This document shows, one piece after another, positions 1-13,600 of a stretch of 17,813 nucleotides of DNA. The first letter of the stretch is position 1. The number at the start of each line of letters is the position of its first letter. Position numbers and translations under genes: made by a program. The notes under the pieces were generated by a model. The model was not told where the DNA came from, ran no database searches, and saw only the letters and a list, made by a program, of their open reading frames with translations. Location: the IMG/VR virus record IMGVR_UViG_3300009131_000001, positions 1 through 17,813 of that record. One strand, written 5' to 3'. This DNA is from a virus (Duplodnaviria; Heunggongvirae; Uroviricota; Caudoviricetes).

Positions 1-1620
1 GAGGAAGAACAGCCTTATAAACAAATGTATCAGCAACTTAAAGCTACAGGGCAACTTGCCAAGAAGTATAATCCTACTACAGGAAAGGTTGAAGAGGTTA
101 ATCCTTTTACCCAATCTGTAGTAGATTCTGAAGGAAATTTAATTCCTCAAACTAGTATAGACTACGGAGATATTAGAAAAAGAGGTGACTATATAGATTA
201 TATAGGTAAAAATATTGTAGACCCTCTTAATAAGAGAATGAGGGATTTAGGGCTTAAATATAAACAAGGCCCATTTGCATTTACTAAAACAAGTATTCAA
301 GGTAAACAGGTAGGCATGTCTCCTGAAGAAGCGGCTGCTACTGTAGATAATAATGTAGCTAAAAGATTCCTAGAAGAAAATCCTACATTTGCATTTGAAT
401 TTGGGAATGATGTAGAAACTGCTAAAAACTATATTAAGGATATAGTTAAACAAAAGGCTATAAAACAAACAGATTATCAGTATGGTAATTTGTCAGACCC
501 ATTAGCAGGAAAAAAATATAAGGCATCTTTAGAGGCTAGTAAGTCTAAAGCAGGATTACCAAGTAATTTCTTACCGCCATCAAAAGAACAGGGGGAAGTA
601 AACCCTTTCATAACTGCTAGGCAGCAAGGAGGTGAAACACTGCATCAGTTATATAAATCCTCAGTAGGGAAAGATTATAAAAACCCTAATGAGGTATTAG
701 CAGGTTTTAGTAAAACTGCTGCACAAATAAAACAGATGAGTGCTAAAAAGAATTTAACTCAGGCAGAAGCATATCAACTTTCTAATCTAAAAACTACATT
801 AGATAAGCAGCGCAAAGATTTCTTAAGGTATAATAATGAGGTTGCTGAAAGAAAGACTAATTGGTTTGACCAAGCAGCCCAATCCATAACAGGTAGTCCA
901 GATGCTAGATATAAAAATTTAACATCAGAGCAAAGAAGAAAAGTTAGAGCACAAGCACCTAAGAATGAAGAACAGTGGGCTAAATACTTTGATGATGATT
1001 TAGAAGGTAAGACATTGACTTATAGAAATGAAAGACCTTTAGAACCTGAATTGCAGAAATATATAGGAGCAGGAATTAACTATTCTGGAAATTACTTTAG
1101 AAGTAGTAAGGGGGGAACTGCTAGTAAGAACTTTAAAGATGTTGCAGATGAAGCGGGGGTAGATGAATTAGCATTAAAACAGGCAATTCAAACCAGAGCA
1201 TTCCCTGTACATAGAATAGATGCTACTGGTGAATATGCAATTAGAATACCTAAAGATTTGAAGATTAATCCTTCAGGTAAACTAGACTACAAGAAAACAT
1301 CTACTAAAAAAGATGCAGTTACCCTATACTTTACTTTTGATGATGCTACTCAACAGATGAGTGAAATGCTTAGATGGGCAGAACAAAATAGATTTGAAAC
1401 TGGTAAGAAAAGTAAGACTTTTCAAACACCTGTTGGTAGTATAACTATTGAGAAAACAAGACAACCCGGTATATTTAAGGCTAATAATCAACTGGTAACT
1501 AAGGAAGGATTGGAGAGGTATATGTTAAATGCTTCGGATGAATATATCTCAGATAGATATAGAGTCTATCTACCCTCTAAAAAACTTAATCAACCAACTG
1601 AAGAATACTTGGAAGAGTAG
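1..1620 (+). CDS. 5'-truncated protein of unknown function; probable virion cargo/ejected protein by position
   Basis: Frame is open from base 1 (GAG GAA GAA CAG CCT TAT AAA CAA ATG...), so the ATG at 25 is probably internal; stop TAG at 1618-1620. Lys/Gln/Ala-rich, no catalytic motif recognised. The functional guess rests only on its position directly upstream of the crAss-type RNAP gene. Confidence 0.75.
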   Translation, partial: EEEQPYKQMYQQLKATGQLAKKYNPTTGKVEEVNPFTQSVVDSEGNLIPQTSIDYGDIRKRGDYIDYIGKNIVDPLNKRMRDLGLKYKQGPFAFTKTSIQGKQVGMSPEEAAATVDNNVAKRFLEENPTFAFEFGNDVETAKNYIKDIVKQKAIKQTDYQYGNLSDPLAGKKYKASLEASKSKAGLPSNFLPPSKEQGEVNPFITARQQGGETLHQLYKSSVGKDYKNPNEVLAGFSKTAAQIKQMSAKKNLTQAEAYQLSNLKTTLDKQRKDFLRYNNEVAERKTNWFDQAAQSITGSPDARYKNLTSEQRRKVRAQAPKNEEQWAKYFDDDLEGKTLTYRNERPLEPELQKYIGAGINYSGNYFRSSKGGTASKNFKDVADEAGVDELALKQAIQTRAFPVHRIDATGEYAIRIPKDLKINPSGKLDYKKTSTKKDAVTLYFTFDDATQQMSEMLRWAEQNRFETGKKSKTFQTPVGSITIEKTRQPGIFKANNQLVTKEGLERYMLNASDEYISDRYRVYLPSKKLNQPTEEYLEE

Positions 1621-1626
1621 TATATT

Positions 1627-1661
1627 TTGTTGTGTATTAATCAAGTATTTTATATAATTGC
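1627..1661 (+). promoter_or_regulatory. Candidate promoter for the giant RNAP polyprotein gene
   Basis: In the 60-bp gap: TTG(1630-1632)-N20-TATAATTGC(1653-1661), one mismatch from the Bacteroidota -7 box TAnnTTTG at canonical spacing. The same bases also read as TTGTGT-N17-TATAAT. AT-rich context lowers specificity. Confidence 0.45.
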
Positions 1662-1680
1662 CTACTAATTTAAACTGATA

Positions 1681-4600
1681 ATGGGAAAAAAGAGATTAGA
1701 TACATATGCAGATTTTAACCCAACTCCTAAACAAAATACTCCTATTTTTGAAGGATTGGGGAAAGCCTATGCTAAGAGCACTTTAACATCCCCCGAATTT
1801 GCTGGGGATTATGGTTTAAGAGATACTACAAAGTATGATGTAGGAACTGTAGCAGAAGATATACCTAATATTGAAAGAATTAGAGGTGAAAGACAATCTG
1901 CATTATCTCAAGCAGGTGCTTTTGCTAATCAAGCAATTCTAGGTGAAGTAGTTGGCGGTACAATAATGACATTAGGAGCATTAGCGGAAATACCTGAGTT
2001 AGTATATAAGGGACTTACAGAAAGTGAATCTGAATTTAATAATGCTATATTTGAGGCCGGAGATAGCCTATCTAAGTGGACTAGGGAAGTGACACCTATA
2101 TACCAAACAGGTGATAGATTTAGTGATACTGGATGGTGGTTTCAAAATGGAGTAAGTGTTGCTAGTGCTGCTAGTATGCTGTTGCCTGGAGCAGGAGTTG
2201 CTAAAGGAGTTGGTAAGATAGGTCAACTAATGAAGTGGAGTAAAACTGCTACACAACTTGCTGAAACTGGGCTAGGAGCATTAACTATGCGTCATGCTGA
2301 AAATTTCAGAGAGGCTAATGGAATATTCCAATCTGTTTATAATGAAGCCCTTAATAAAGGATTAGATGAAGAAACTGCTAGGAAACATGCATCTGACGCA
2401 GCAGCATTAGACTACGGAGCTAACTATGCTAATCTAGCATTTGATGTAATCCAGTTAGGGGCTTTAATGAAGCCTACTAAAGCATGGACTAGGAATATAG
2501 GGGGATTAGAGTATGGCTTAGCTAAAGGTTTAGGTAAACTACCTGAATCTAAATTAGGCAGGGCTATGTATTGGTCTAAAGATAAGTTACTCCCACAACT
2601 AAGTGAAGGTGTTGAAGAAGTAGTAAATACAGTTTCTCAAAAAGAAGCTGAGAGATATGGTAGAATCCTTAATGACCCAACTAAAGATGATAAAACTGAT
2701 TTTACTCAAAGGTTAGGTAACTATTTAGGAGATGCAGAAACTATCGATAGCTTCATTTGGGGAGTTGCTGGAGGGGCAGCATTTCAAGGTATTGGTAACC
2801 TATTAGGTCTAGACCAATCTAATAATGTAGTACAGAATAAGTTAGCAGAGGTTGCTAAGAGACAGGATACTATGGGTAACTACCTATCCAATATCTCAGC
2901 AGCATCTAATAAGGATATTATTACAGATTCTGAGGGTAATATTATTGAAGATTTTAGAGATGCAGATAGAGCAGATGTTACTAGGTATATTGATAGTCAA
3001 ATGGATAAGATGGCATTTGACCTATCACAATCTGCTAGCAGAGCTGGTAATGTAGACTTTCTATTGGAGCATATTGAAAGTCCTGACTTTACTAAACAAA
3101 TGGTTGAATCTGGTATTACTACTCCAGAAGAGGCTAGAGAAAGAGTAAGTAAGATTAAGAATGAGATTGAATTAGGTGAGAAATTATATAAGCAATCCTT
3201 TAATAGATATTACAACCTAGATGTACCTCAAGAAGTTAAGAACTATCTGACAGATAAAACTACTGCTTTAGAGTATGGCAGAGCCAAAGTAGCAGAAATG
3301 AAGGATACTTACTCTAGAGAATATAATGATAACTATGCTCAAGATGAGTACTTAAAGGCTTATGGTAGTAATCCTGCTGTGCAAAATACCATTGATGTAA
3401 TGTCACATCAAATTGCAATTGAGGGGTTAACTCAACAGCTACAATCTGCTAAGAAAGAAGATAAGGAAGATATAAAAAATACTATAGGTAAGCTACAAAA
3501 TAGTTTACAGGATATACAATCAAATAGATTTGGTAATGTTGACCCAAATCTTATTAATCCATCTGTATATGAATCCAAAGCAAGACAACTGGTATTTCAA
3601 CATCAATTTGATAATTTATCAGAGGATATTGCTAAAGAACAATCTCCAGAGAATATTAAGAAAACTGAGAAAAAGGTTGAGAAAACTAAAGAGTCTATAA
3701 AATCAGGTATTGCTAATAATGAGGTAACTAAAAAGAAAGAAGAGAAATCTAAAAGAGTTGCTGCTAATAAATCTATTATTAAGGATAAGGAAGCATTTAC
3801 ACTCAAACCTGAAGAAATACCAACTCAAGAAGAAATTGATAGGACTTTCGAAACTGATGAGGGAGAAGTAGTAGATGTACTAGGAGAAGAAACTTCTACT
3901 AATCTAGAGTTAGTTGGTAAATATGAAGCAGACCCAAATTATGATTTAAAAGTTGGAGATTTACTTGAAGATGGTAGTATAGTACACAAAATAAATAAAA
4001 TCACTACTGGAATAAGAAAGGGTCAGATAGGTATAATTGAAATTAAATCTCCAGATGGTAAAGTTAGTCACCATGATTCCAGAAAAATAAGATTTGACAT
4101 ATACAGGTCTTCAGATGTAATTTCAGAACAAGAGTATAATCAATTTGTTAATACTGGAAAAGTTAGCAATGATAGATTACAATCTATTGCAAGTAAAGTA
4201 ATTAATAAAGAAGAATTATCTAGTAGGGAGAATTCCATATTTACTAATAAAACTGCTGATATTAATACTATTATTAGAGAAGTATCTGGAGATATAACAC
4301 CTCAATCATCAAGACTCCAAGAGTATAATACTAAGAAACAGGAATTAGATACTGAGAGAAATAACATTCTAAGTCAGTATGATGCATTTGAAGCAGAAAC
4401 AGGGGAAAAGTTTACTAAGGAAAGGAAAGAACTTGAAGAGGCTTACAGGGCTAATTTGGACAAGCTTAATAAGGAATATGTAGATGCTATTCCTGAAGGA
4501 GAGAAATTAGAGGCTGAAGTAGAAGATACTGTTGAAGAAACTTCTAATATTCCTGAAGGATTTAATGAGGATAGCGCTAAAGAGGTTAATAATGATATAA

Positions 4601-7600
4601 ACTCTATAGATGATGAATTTCTGGATAATGACAATATTAAAAAACTTAAGAATAGCTATAATGCAATGGCTAGACTGGATAGAGAATACGCTATCAGAAA
4701 TGGAAAATATCAAGAAGTTTCTAATGATTTACATCCTAACCTGTATAAACCTGTACTTAATCCTAACAAGTATGCTCCAGGTACTAAAATAACTCTAAGA
4801 GTTGCTGATAGAAATGATATTCCTGTAACTGACCCTGTTACTGGAATGATTACTACTTGGGGAAGTATTAAGAATAGTGTTAACTATAATGAGCAAGTTC
4901 CTATTGAAATAGTAGATGAGGATAATAATGTACTGGGGTACTACCATGATATTAACTGGACTAGTAATTCTGATAAGGTAGTTAATCCTTTAGAAGATTC
5001 CGAAGAGGCTAAAAAGATTAGAGATTATGTTGTAAGTAGGGGTGAAGTAGAAACTTCTATTACTGAAAATAGGTTTGGAGTTCTCAATAGAACAATGGAT
5101 AATAAAAAGTATCCAGTTAATCAAATAGTTGAAGACCCAAATGTAACTATTGCTGTTGCTGAAAATGCTGTAGAATTATTTGAAAAGAATAACTTTAACT
5201 TAGTTAATAACTTCTTTGCATCTCCTCTACATAAAGGATGGAATTATATGATTGTTCAAGTAGGTAAGAAGCTTGGTACAGATGCTTATATTGCATTACC
5301 TTTATCTAATATGACCTATGATGAGTTAAGTAAATCCAATGAAGACTTATTCCATAAGATTCATTATAGTGTTGAGGCTGCTATTAATATTTATGTAAAG
5401 AATGGGGATAACTTAACTACTGGTGAGAAGAGCCTGTATGAATCTATAAAATCCAAGTTAGGATTAGAATTAGCCTCTCCACAAGGAATTGTATCTTATC
5501 TAGGAGCATTTCTACATAATGATAAAAAATCACCTTTAGGAGAAAAGAGTCAGTTTAAATTTGAAAATGGGAATATAACCTTTAGAAGGAAGAAACCTAC
5601 TAAAGGACAGGCTACTCAATTCTTTGTAGGTAAAAATGTGGCAGATAAAGAAAAGATGTTCCAAATTCTACATGATAATATTGAGTCAATGCTAAAGGCT
5701 CAATTCTTTAATACTAGTAAAGAGTATGTAAATGAAGATGTTAACATCCCATTACTTACAGAATCTGGAGAAGTTGAGACAATGAACTACTTGCATATAG
5801 TTAAATCTGCTACCAAAACAAATATAATGGGTAAGGAAGTAGATACTAATCCAGATGGTAGTAAGGTATACTCATATACAGTTCAGAAGGTAATTAGATT
5901 TGATACTAGTTTTATTGAACCTAAACCTACTGGTACAGATGATACTACAGTAACTATAGTTAATGATATAGTAGAAGAGTCTGATGTAGAGTATGAAGAG
6001 TTAGAACCTATGGAATTCAACTTTGTTGATGATGGGTATTCTTTTGCTGTATCTGAAGATAAATTTGATAGCCTTAGTAATTCTTTAAACTCTTTACTGG
6101 TAAAGGATTTAGGTTTTGCTAGGCAAGATGATATTGTACAGTATATTACTGAGAGAAGTTTAAGTAAACTTTCTGAGAATAAAAGTATAAATATTAAGGC
6201 TACTACTGATGAGCTAAGAGATACTTTTAATAAGAATACTGCTACAGTAGAGTTTAATATAAAGAAGATTAAAACTAATATCCTTAAGGCTAAACAATTA
6301 AAGAAATCTGATGATGTTACTAAGTTTGAACAACAACTTACTAACCTAGAAAACTTTAAAACTTTACTTAGTCAAGTTAATGCTAGTTGGGATAACTTAG
6401 TGGGATTTGCTATTAAAAGGCTTGAAAGACTTAATGGTATTAAAGTAGTTGATAATCAAGATGATGATACTGAATTTGAAAATGATTTATTTGAAATAGA
6501 AGGAGATGAAAATGCTAACTGGAAAGAAAGTGATTTAACTACTGATAGAAAAAAATCTTTAAGTAGAGATGTTAAATTATTTTGTTCTGGTATAGTAGAT
6601 TTAAAGAATGATGGGCAACCTAATAAAACTTGGATTGGTACTAATAGGTTGATGTCTTTTGACACAGTTTATAATACTGTACAGGCATTAACTCCTAATC
6701 TCCCTCCTAATCTAGATGTCATTAAGGATGAACTATCTAAATCTGTAGATGCATTCCCTTGGTTAAATGATTTTATCAGTAAGTTAGACAATGCTAAGGA
6801 TAGTACTAAAAAGTCTATTGTAAAGGCTTTAACCAACTACTATAGCAATACAACTAGTTACAAGTATTCTAAAGATGATTCTGGAAATTACTTTGTTAGA
6901 GTATTTGAATCTGATGCTACTTCAATGGGAAAGGTTATCCTTAATAGTTGGGAATCAAACTTTAATAGAAGTAGGCTAGTTACCTACGACGAAACTTTAA
7001 AATTAGATGAATCTGCTGTAAATATTTGGTTAGATAGGTATGATAATTTAGTTAAAACTAAGGGGGTAAACGTATCTATTGAAGATGTAGTAGGACTGCT
7101 AAATGAAGTTGGAGTTGTGCTGTCAAATGGTGCAATGCAGGATATTAAGAATAATGGTATTGAAATCTCCAAAAGGAAAACTATTAAACTAAATACTATT
7201 CTTAGTGATTCCGCAAGTCCTTTAGTAGTAATTAAGGAGTTTTTAGAACTGAATAAAGGCAAAGAACTTACCACTAAACTAACAACCAATACTGCACTAA
7301 AGGTTCTTGCACAACTACAAAATAGATTTGAATCTAAACTCCACTCTAATTCTCAAAAGAGTGGTGGTAGAACCATTTTTAGTTATGGTAAGCCTAAATT
7401 CTTTATTAACAGGTTCAGAAGATTTAATGATTATGTGGAAGGTAAAGATACTGAGATGGGTAAAATACTCAACTCTCCTTTTGTAACTAACCTTTTATGG
7501 GCTAAAAGTTTAAAGGATATTCATAAGAGAGAGGCATTCATGGCAAACTTTGACTATGAAATTGCTGATTTGGAACCTATTAGTGAGTTAGGGGAGAAAA

Positions 7601-10600
7601 GTAGAAAAGGAAGAGAACTTACTAATGTATCTCCTGCTGAAGTCGAACTGTTTAGACTATCTGGATTAATGGCTAAGAGGGCTGATAAATCTGGTGGAAA
7701 GAATAGGGTTATTAGTCTAGTACACCCAACTACTTCAGATAAGAGTACCATTCATAGCATTACCTCAATTGCTGCTGATTTAAAGTTTAATCCTGATGGC
7801 AGTTTTACAGAGGAATCCTACAAGATACTATTTGATAATCTAATTCTCCCTGAGATAATTAGGATTAGACATTTTGAGGCTTTGAGGGATAAGGGTATTG
7901 ATATATCTAAATTTGAGGGATGGGCTGATGGATGGGATAAATTTATGACTATTCCTGAAATGAATTCTTATGAGGAACTATTTATAGGAGATAATCTTAA
8001 TCCAGACCTTGAATCTAACTATAGGGATATTATAGACAGAGTTCTTAAGAAGCATATTACAGCCTTAGTTGAAGAGAAAACTAGATTATGGGATAAGTAT
8101 TCTATAGGATTAGATATTAAAAATGCAAATAATAAGGTAGTTGAAACTAGTAAATTTCTAGATAATGATTATCTAGGATACCTAGCAAGTAAAGGTGCAA
8201 AGGATAATACTAGAGTTGCTGCTATATATGATATGGTAGGACAATACCTTATTGGAGATACTAATACTTGGGGATTATTTAATACTGACCCAGCACAATA
8301 CTTTGATAAGAAAGCATTAAAGGCTTGGAATGAGGGTAATAAAGATTTGGCAATTCAAAAAGTATTTGAAAATATGGGTAAGAGACTTGCGGCTGATATT
8401 GCCCCAGGTGAAGAATCTGTTGCTAATGATAGTGGTACAATTACCTATGCTTTTGTTAAAGACCCTAAAGTTACCTCACTAAGATTTGAGCAACTTAAGG
8501 AGCAGTTTGGAGATTCCATTGCTAATGCTTATGATGGAATGGATGGTACAGATGCTCAGGAATTTGTAACTCTTCAAGAACATTTATTTAATATGGATGC
8601 AGATGGATTACTTCCAGATGGAATGTATGATATTATTGCAAAAACTATTCAAGAAGAAATTAGTAAGGGAAATCATTACTATACAGATACTATCATAGCA
8701 AATTTAAATGCTATAAATCCTGATTTAGGAAGTAAGTTTAAAGAATTGGTATTCCAAGTTAAGAAGCCTGTTTATGTAGAAAATGTATTTGATAGTGATT
8801 TAGGAGTTGAAAGAAGAGTATATGTTAAATCTTCTGCTTATCCTCTAACTCCAGAATTATGTGCTCAAGTTCAAATGGATGATGTCAGAATAGCAATGGA
8901 GCAGCAAGGTATTCAAAGACTTGCATTTGCTACGGCAACTAAAGTTGGTAACTATAAAAAGAATATTGAACTATTTGATACTGATGGTAATGTTAAGCCT
9001 AACATAGATTTCTCTACTTCTAAGATGGTAGTTCCTAGAAGTGGGTTGAGAGATCAGATGCCTGTTCCTTATGATGAAATGAAGAAGGAAATTAAAAAGG
9101 TATCTCAAGCATCTAAGAATCTATTTGTTAATATTAAGGATGTTCCAGGAATGGCTGAACTAGAGCAGGAATACCTTAATACCTACCATGAAATATTTAA
9201 GGAGCAGTATGCTAAACTACAATCTGAAGTATTAAATGAAAATGACACACTAAATATTCAGAATCTTAGAGAAATACTACTCGAAGAGGCTGCTGGTAGA
9301 GGATATCCACTATCAGATTTCCAGATGCTAGAGTTAGATGAGAATTTAAGACTTCTACCATTTAGTCCTAATGCTGCTAAGTATGAATCATTACTTAACT
9401 CTATTGTTGAAAATAGGGTAGATAAGGTAATGTTACCTGGTAAATCTTTTGTACTATCTACCGAGTTAGGGTACAAGGTGAAACCTGCTGAAATACTAGA
9501 AGGTAATGCTGAAAATATATCTAAACTTAAAGGTAAAGGATTAGTTACCACTAGAAACTTTACTGGAGAATTACTACCACAAAGACTTGAAGATGGGGCA
9601 GTTAAGCCAGCACAAGTTATTATGCCATTTAAGTTTAGGGATAACAATGGTAATCTACTTCACATAGAGGACTTTATGGATGGGGATGGATTTGTAGATA
9701 CTAGTAAGTTACCAGAATCTGTACTTAAGTTGTTTGGAATGCGTATCCCTAACCAAGGGCCTAACTCACAATCTGCTATTGAGGTAGTTGGATTCATGCC
9801 TCATAGTGCTGGGGATGTAATAGTTGCAACTAAAGACTATCTAGCACAAATGGGTTCTGACTTTGACGTGGATAAGTTATATGCTTATATGTTTGAAACT
9901 GAATACAGAGATGGTAGAATAGTTAAGAAGGATTCTTTAAAGAATAAGATAGTAGATATCCACCTACAAATACATGCTAATCCAGACCCAAGAGTACAAA
10001 GACAAATTGCTAAACCTATTGGTGAGTGGAAACTTAAGGATATTGCTAATGAAGTAACTAAACTTAAACCTAAAGACCATACACCATTTAGTCCTGCTAG
10101 TGATAACTATCAGAAGATGAAGTTTATAAACGCGGTATCAGGTAAGGCAGGCACTGGGGTTTATAGTGTTGCTTCAATGTTTATTGCTAATATGCAAGGT
10201 AAGAGCCTTATATATAAAGTAACAGATGAACTAGGTAATAAAGTACCGATTCAACTAAATATAGGAAATACTGTATGGAATGGAGATATATCAAATATTT
10301 ACACAATAAGGACTCAAAATTTAATTGAAAATGCTGGTGGATACAATAAACTTAACGATGATGAAAAGAAGCAAATAACCTATAAATCTGAGGTTGTAGA
10401 GGGGCATCAATCAGTTGCTGTAGATAATGAGAAGTTACAGTTAATGGATAAAACCAATGATAATAAGTTTACCTTTAACTATACTATTGCTGCAATGTCT
10501 GCTGGATTTGAAGATGAGTTAGTATGGTTAAGAAGTCAGCCTATTATATTTGATTATGTTGAGGAATTACAGTTTCTTAAATCTCCGCTATCAGGCTTCT

Positions 10601-13600
10601 TTGGTAATGCTGAATCAGAGGCTTATCATAGAGTAGTTGAGAAGTATGGATTTACAGAAGATATGGTAGGTAAGTCTAATCCAGCATTACTTACTATTGA
10701 AAACATGAAGAAAAGTATTGCTGGCGGTAATGAGGGATTTAAGGGTATTCAGAATGCTGCAATAGAAACATTCTTAAAGTTACATGAGATAGGATTAAAG
10801 ATTCAATCTGTTACATCTGCTACCAATACAGATAGTAAGGGTATTGGTATTACTATGTTAAGTAACTATGCTAAACAACAGGCTGTTGAAAACTTAGTTA
10901 ATAGTCCTATTGAGAATGCTGAAAAGTTATTAGGCAACTTTAATGTAGATGGTAAATTGGTTGAACCCACTACAATAGCTGGATTTGCTACTAAATATGG
11001 TCTAGAAACTGCTAATAACTACTGGAGTAACCTATTCCCATATCAAACTAACTCAGTTCAAGAAATGTTTAATAAAATTCTTGAATTAACTGGTTCTGAA
11101 GAAGTTGGATATACAAGTAAGGCTAATACTCAACAGGATATTTGGACTGATTTTAAGAGTTATTTATTCAGTAGAAATGACTTAGGCATAGTAGAAGATG
11201 GTACTGATATAAATAGTGAAAGAGATAGGCTATTTATTGATAGAATGGATAAGAAAGGTAATGTAACTAAGAAATCCTTTATTGCTAAGATGCAAGAGAT
11301 ATCTGAATTACCTGAGATGAAGAGAAGACCTTTTATTAATAGGCTCAACTTTACTATTGATTACAATGATAATAAAAATTCTAGAGTTGGATTTAATGCA
11401 TCTGCTGCTGAAAATTTAGAGGAAATACAAATTTACCAGGATATTATAGACTTACTAGTTAATGACAGACCTATTCCAAATAGTGATATGACTTCTAGGC
11501 AAATGATGGAAGATTTAATTAAAACTCAGTATCTAGGTGGAGGTATTCAAGAGGCTATACAGTTTATTAAGTATATCCCAGCACAATACTACTACTTAAT
11601 TCCATTTGCTGAGAAATTATCAAATGTCTGGAATGAGTTGAATGTATCTAATAACACATGGTTAAACTTTAATAGTGATTCATTACCTAACTTTATTGAG
11701 CAGTATATCCAGCATAATCCTAATAAGATAACTGATATTAAGATAGAATCATTTAAAAAGGATGATAAGGGCAATACTATTATTACAGATAAATCCATAG
11801 TCACTAAGAAAGATGATGAGAAAACTTCAGAACCTTATGTAAAAAGATACAATCCTAAAGCAAAAGGTAATAAGACTGAGTTATTTAAGTTTACTGGAAA
11901 GTTCTGTATGAAAGGATACCCTATATACATTCAGATACCCACTCTAGGAGCATTTGGTATGAGTGAGTACAATGCTAATCTACCTCAAGGCAGTATGCAA
12001 ACCTCTCTACTAATGACTACTCCAACAGTTAATCCTATAGATGCTAAGAATACAGTAGATAACTCAAACAACAACTCTACTGAAATTAGCAATCCTTTAA
12101 CTAAACTAAATAAAGTTGAGGAAACTGCATATAATCTAGGATTATCTACAAAAGAAACTGATTTAAAATCAATTCTAGAGAAAACTAGTGTAACCACTTC
12201 TAATCCATACTACCAACTACTTGCTAGTGAAATGGTAAATGTGGTAGGTAATACTAAGATAAGTATTGATAATTCTGTAGCAGGCGATGGGATGTATAAT
12301 CATTTAGAAGATACGATTAAAATTAATGTGCCATCTATTCAAAATCCTGCTAAACTTGCTGATATTATTCTACATGAAGGAATTCACGGAATAACTTCAA
12401 AGACTATTAAACAATACTTATCAGATAAATCTAAGTTACCTGTTAAAGTAAGAGAAGCTTGCGCATCTTTAGATACTTTAAGAAATACTCTAAAGGATAA
12501 GGTAAAAGACACTAAAGAATATAAAGAATACTTGGCTAAACAATATAAACGTAAGAAAGGTGAAAAAATAGTGTTTAGTCTAAGTGAAGCATCTCAATTT
12601 GCGCCACTAGATGATTTATTTGAATTTGTTTCCTATAGTTTAACTAGACCTGAAACACAAAAGTGGTTAAATGGTATTGAGTATAAGAAAGACCAAACTG
12701 CTTTAGATAGATTTAAGGATTTACTTAATAAGATATTCTTTGCTTTAAGGGGTATGGGATTTGAAATTAAGAGTGGTACAGCATTGAGTACAGCATTTAA
12801 GAATTCTGTTGTAGTATTAAATGCTCAGGAACTATATGAATCTGATGCAACTGTAGTACCAATTACCAAACTATTTAATCAATATGGTATAGACTATAAA
12901 TTTACTTTAAAAGGTGATGTAGTTGTAAATGCTGAATACAAGCAACAAAATAAAGAAGAATATGAAGAATTGAATAAGAAAAATTGGAATAGTAAATACA
13001 ATGAATTATTGCAGGAAGAAAGTAAGATATTCAATAAAATAGAAGATACGGAAGAATTAAGTGATTATGAATTATTCCCCGGTATATTTGCTAATGAAGG
13101 GCAGAGAAAAGCTATAGATACCCTTAAAAATTTTATAAATTCTGATAGAGAAGTGTTTACATTAATTGGAAGGGCTGGAACTGGTAAAACTACTATTTTA
13201 AATAAAGTACTAAGCGTGATACCTAAATCTATTAGAGTAGGGGGAGCGGCAGTATCACATAAAGCTAAAAAAGTATTAGGTAAAAGTATTGGTAATGATA
13301 AGGTAAGTACTTTAGCATCAATGTTGGCAATAAAATTAGATGAATCTACTGGAAAATTTACTCCTGATGAATTTGCCAGAGAACAAGGTAAAGTTCCTAT
13401 TAAAAAATATAAATTAATAATTGTAGATGAAGCCTCTATGATTTCTGAGGAAATGTATAAAGAAATTCTTAATATGAAAAATCCTACTACTAAAGTAATT
13501 TTTGTGGGAGATAATGCACAACTTCAACCAATTGGTAGTGAGGAAGATAGTCCTGTATTTAGTATTAATGATAAAGCAAAATTAACTGAGATAACTAGAC

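Noticed and set aside
1618-1668. TAG stop of the first gene as a sign of crAss-type stop-codon recoding
   Set aside because: The 4404-codon and 474-codon frames are open in the standard code; reading through this TAG adds only about 15 codons before TAA at 1666-1668. No support in this window.
3886-4560. 13-bp repeats GAAGAAACTTCTA (3886, 4534) and TATTCCTGAAGGA (two copies 60 bp apart, around 4490 and 4550)
   Set aside because: They lie in low-complexity acidic linkers (EETS, IPEG), where short repeats are expected by chance or local slippage.
6907-6917. Partial third copy of the cassette repeat (GAATCTGATGC)
   Set aside because: Only 11 bp, encoding the common peptide ESDA; expected by chance.
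2852-12197. Short alternative-frame and minus-strand ORFs overlapping the giant gene (62-129 aa)
   Set aside because: Shadow ORFs of a codon-biased gene; Ser/Leu/Ile-rich, no motifs, no independent signals seen.
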